Of a DNA stretch of 64,000 nucleotides, positions 63,640 to 64,000 are shown piece by piece. The stretch lies in contig AP026157.1 in the NCBI GenBank assembly GCA_030295235.1, positions 186,001 to 250,000 on the forward strand. The letters run 5' to 3'. A program made the translations under genes and the position numbers. The DNA comes from Fistulifera solaris. Its lineage: Eukaryota. A model generated the notes under the pieces. That model saw nothing but the letters and a program-made list of their open reading frames with translations. It was not told where the DNA came from and ran no database searches. Positions within the stretch are counted from its first letter, which is position 1. Each line of letters begins with the position of its first letter.

Positions 63640-64000
63640 GGTTGTAGCGTTTTCTTTTTCTTTTCAACAAAATAACAATGAAACGTTTTACAGCGTGTTA
63701 CTTTGTTTGACGGCAACGATCGAGTGTGTCTGCTGCTTTTCGTCGCGGCATGCTTTCGCGGCAGCGAGAGACAATCCTGCGGACGGCGAAGAATAGGTTA
63801 TGAGTCTAGTAAGCAGGCGAGGAAGCGCCTCTACTCTACCAGCTAGAGTCAGCCGGTGACAGGCATGCTTCGCGATCGATCGACTGACGTAGAACTTCGG
63901 TTTCCTCTGAGATCGTGGATACTAGGGACTGAATGCTCGGTGCAACAAAAAACAAGACACTCTAGTATTTATGGAGATTGCTTGTCTTGATAGCCTTTGA

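Overview
Gene-dense eukaryotic nuclear DNA with short GT-AG introns (mostly 60-120 bp), most likely from a pennate diatom. That assignment is inferred from ASAFAP-type bipartite plastid presequences, a type III metacaspase, a DUF6824-like domain and YSPTSPA heptads in RPB1. About 25 protein genes can be assembled by hand. Recognisable ones are DGDG synthase, an ABC-F protein, RPB1, PheRS beta, a PP2C, a kinesin, M43 and S8 proteases, a metacaspase, Miro and eEF2; the rest are orphan membrane or secreted proteins. Roughly two dozen single-base frameshifts, almost all at homopolymer runs, split genes in the ORF track and look like long-read consensus errors. Repairing them exposes several features: a type III metacaspase ending in a K-Ras-like polybasic + CaaX tail, a RING/TRAF-finger protein fused to a multi-pass membrane domain, an ankyrin TRP-like channel and a plastid-targeted mini-RqcH. 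Other highlights are an RPB1 that lacks its first clamp zinc site and has a CTD built of heptad pairs punctuated by spacers, an AT-rich gene-free gap with diverged 160-185 bp repeats (centromere candidate), and a recurrent non-coding palindrome GTACCGGTAC. I found no rRNA, tRNA, CRISPR array or intact transposon. All family assignments come from motif recognition by eye, not database searches.
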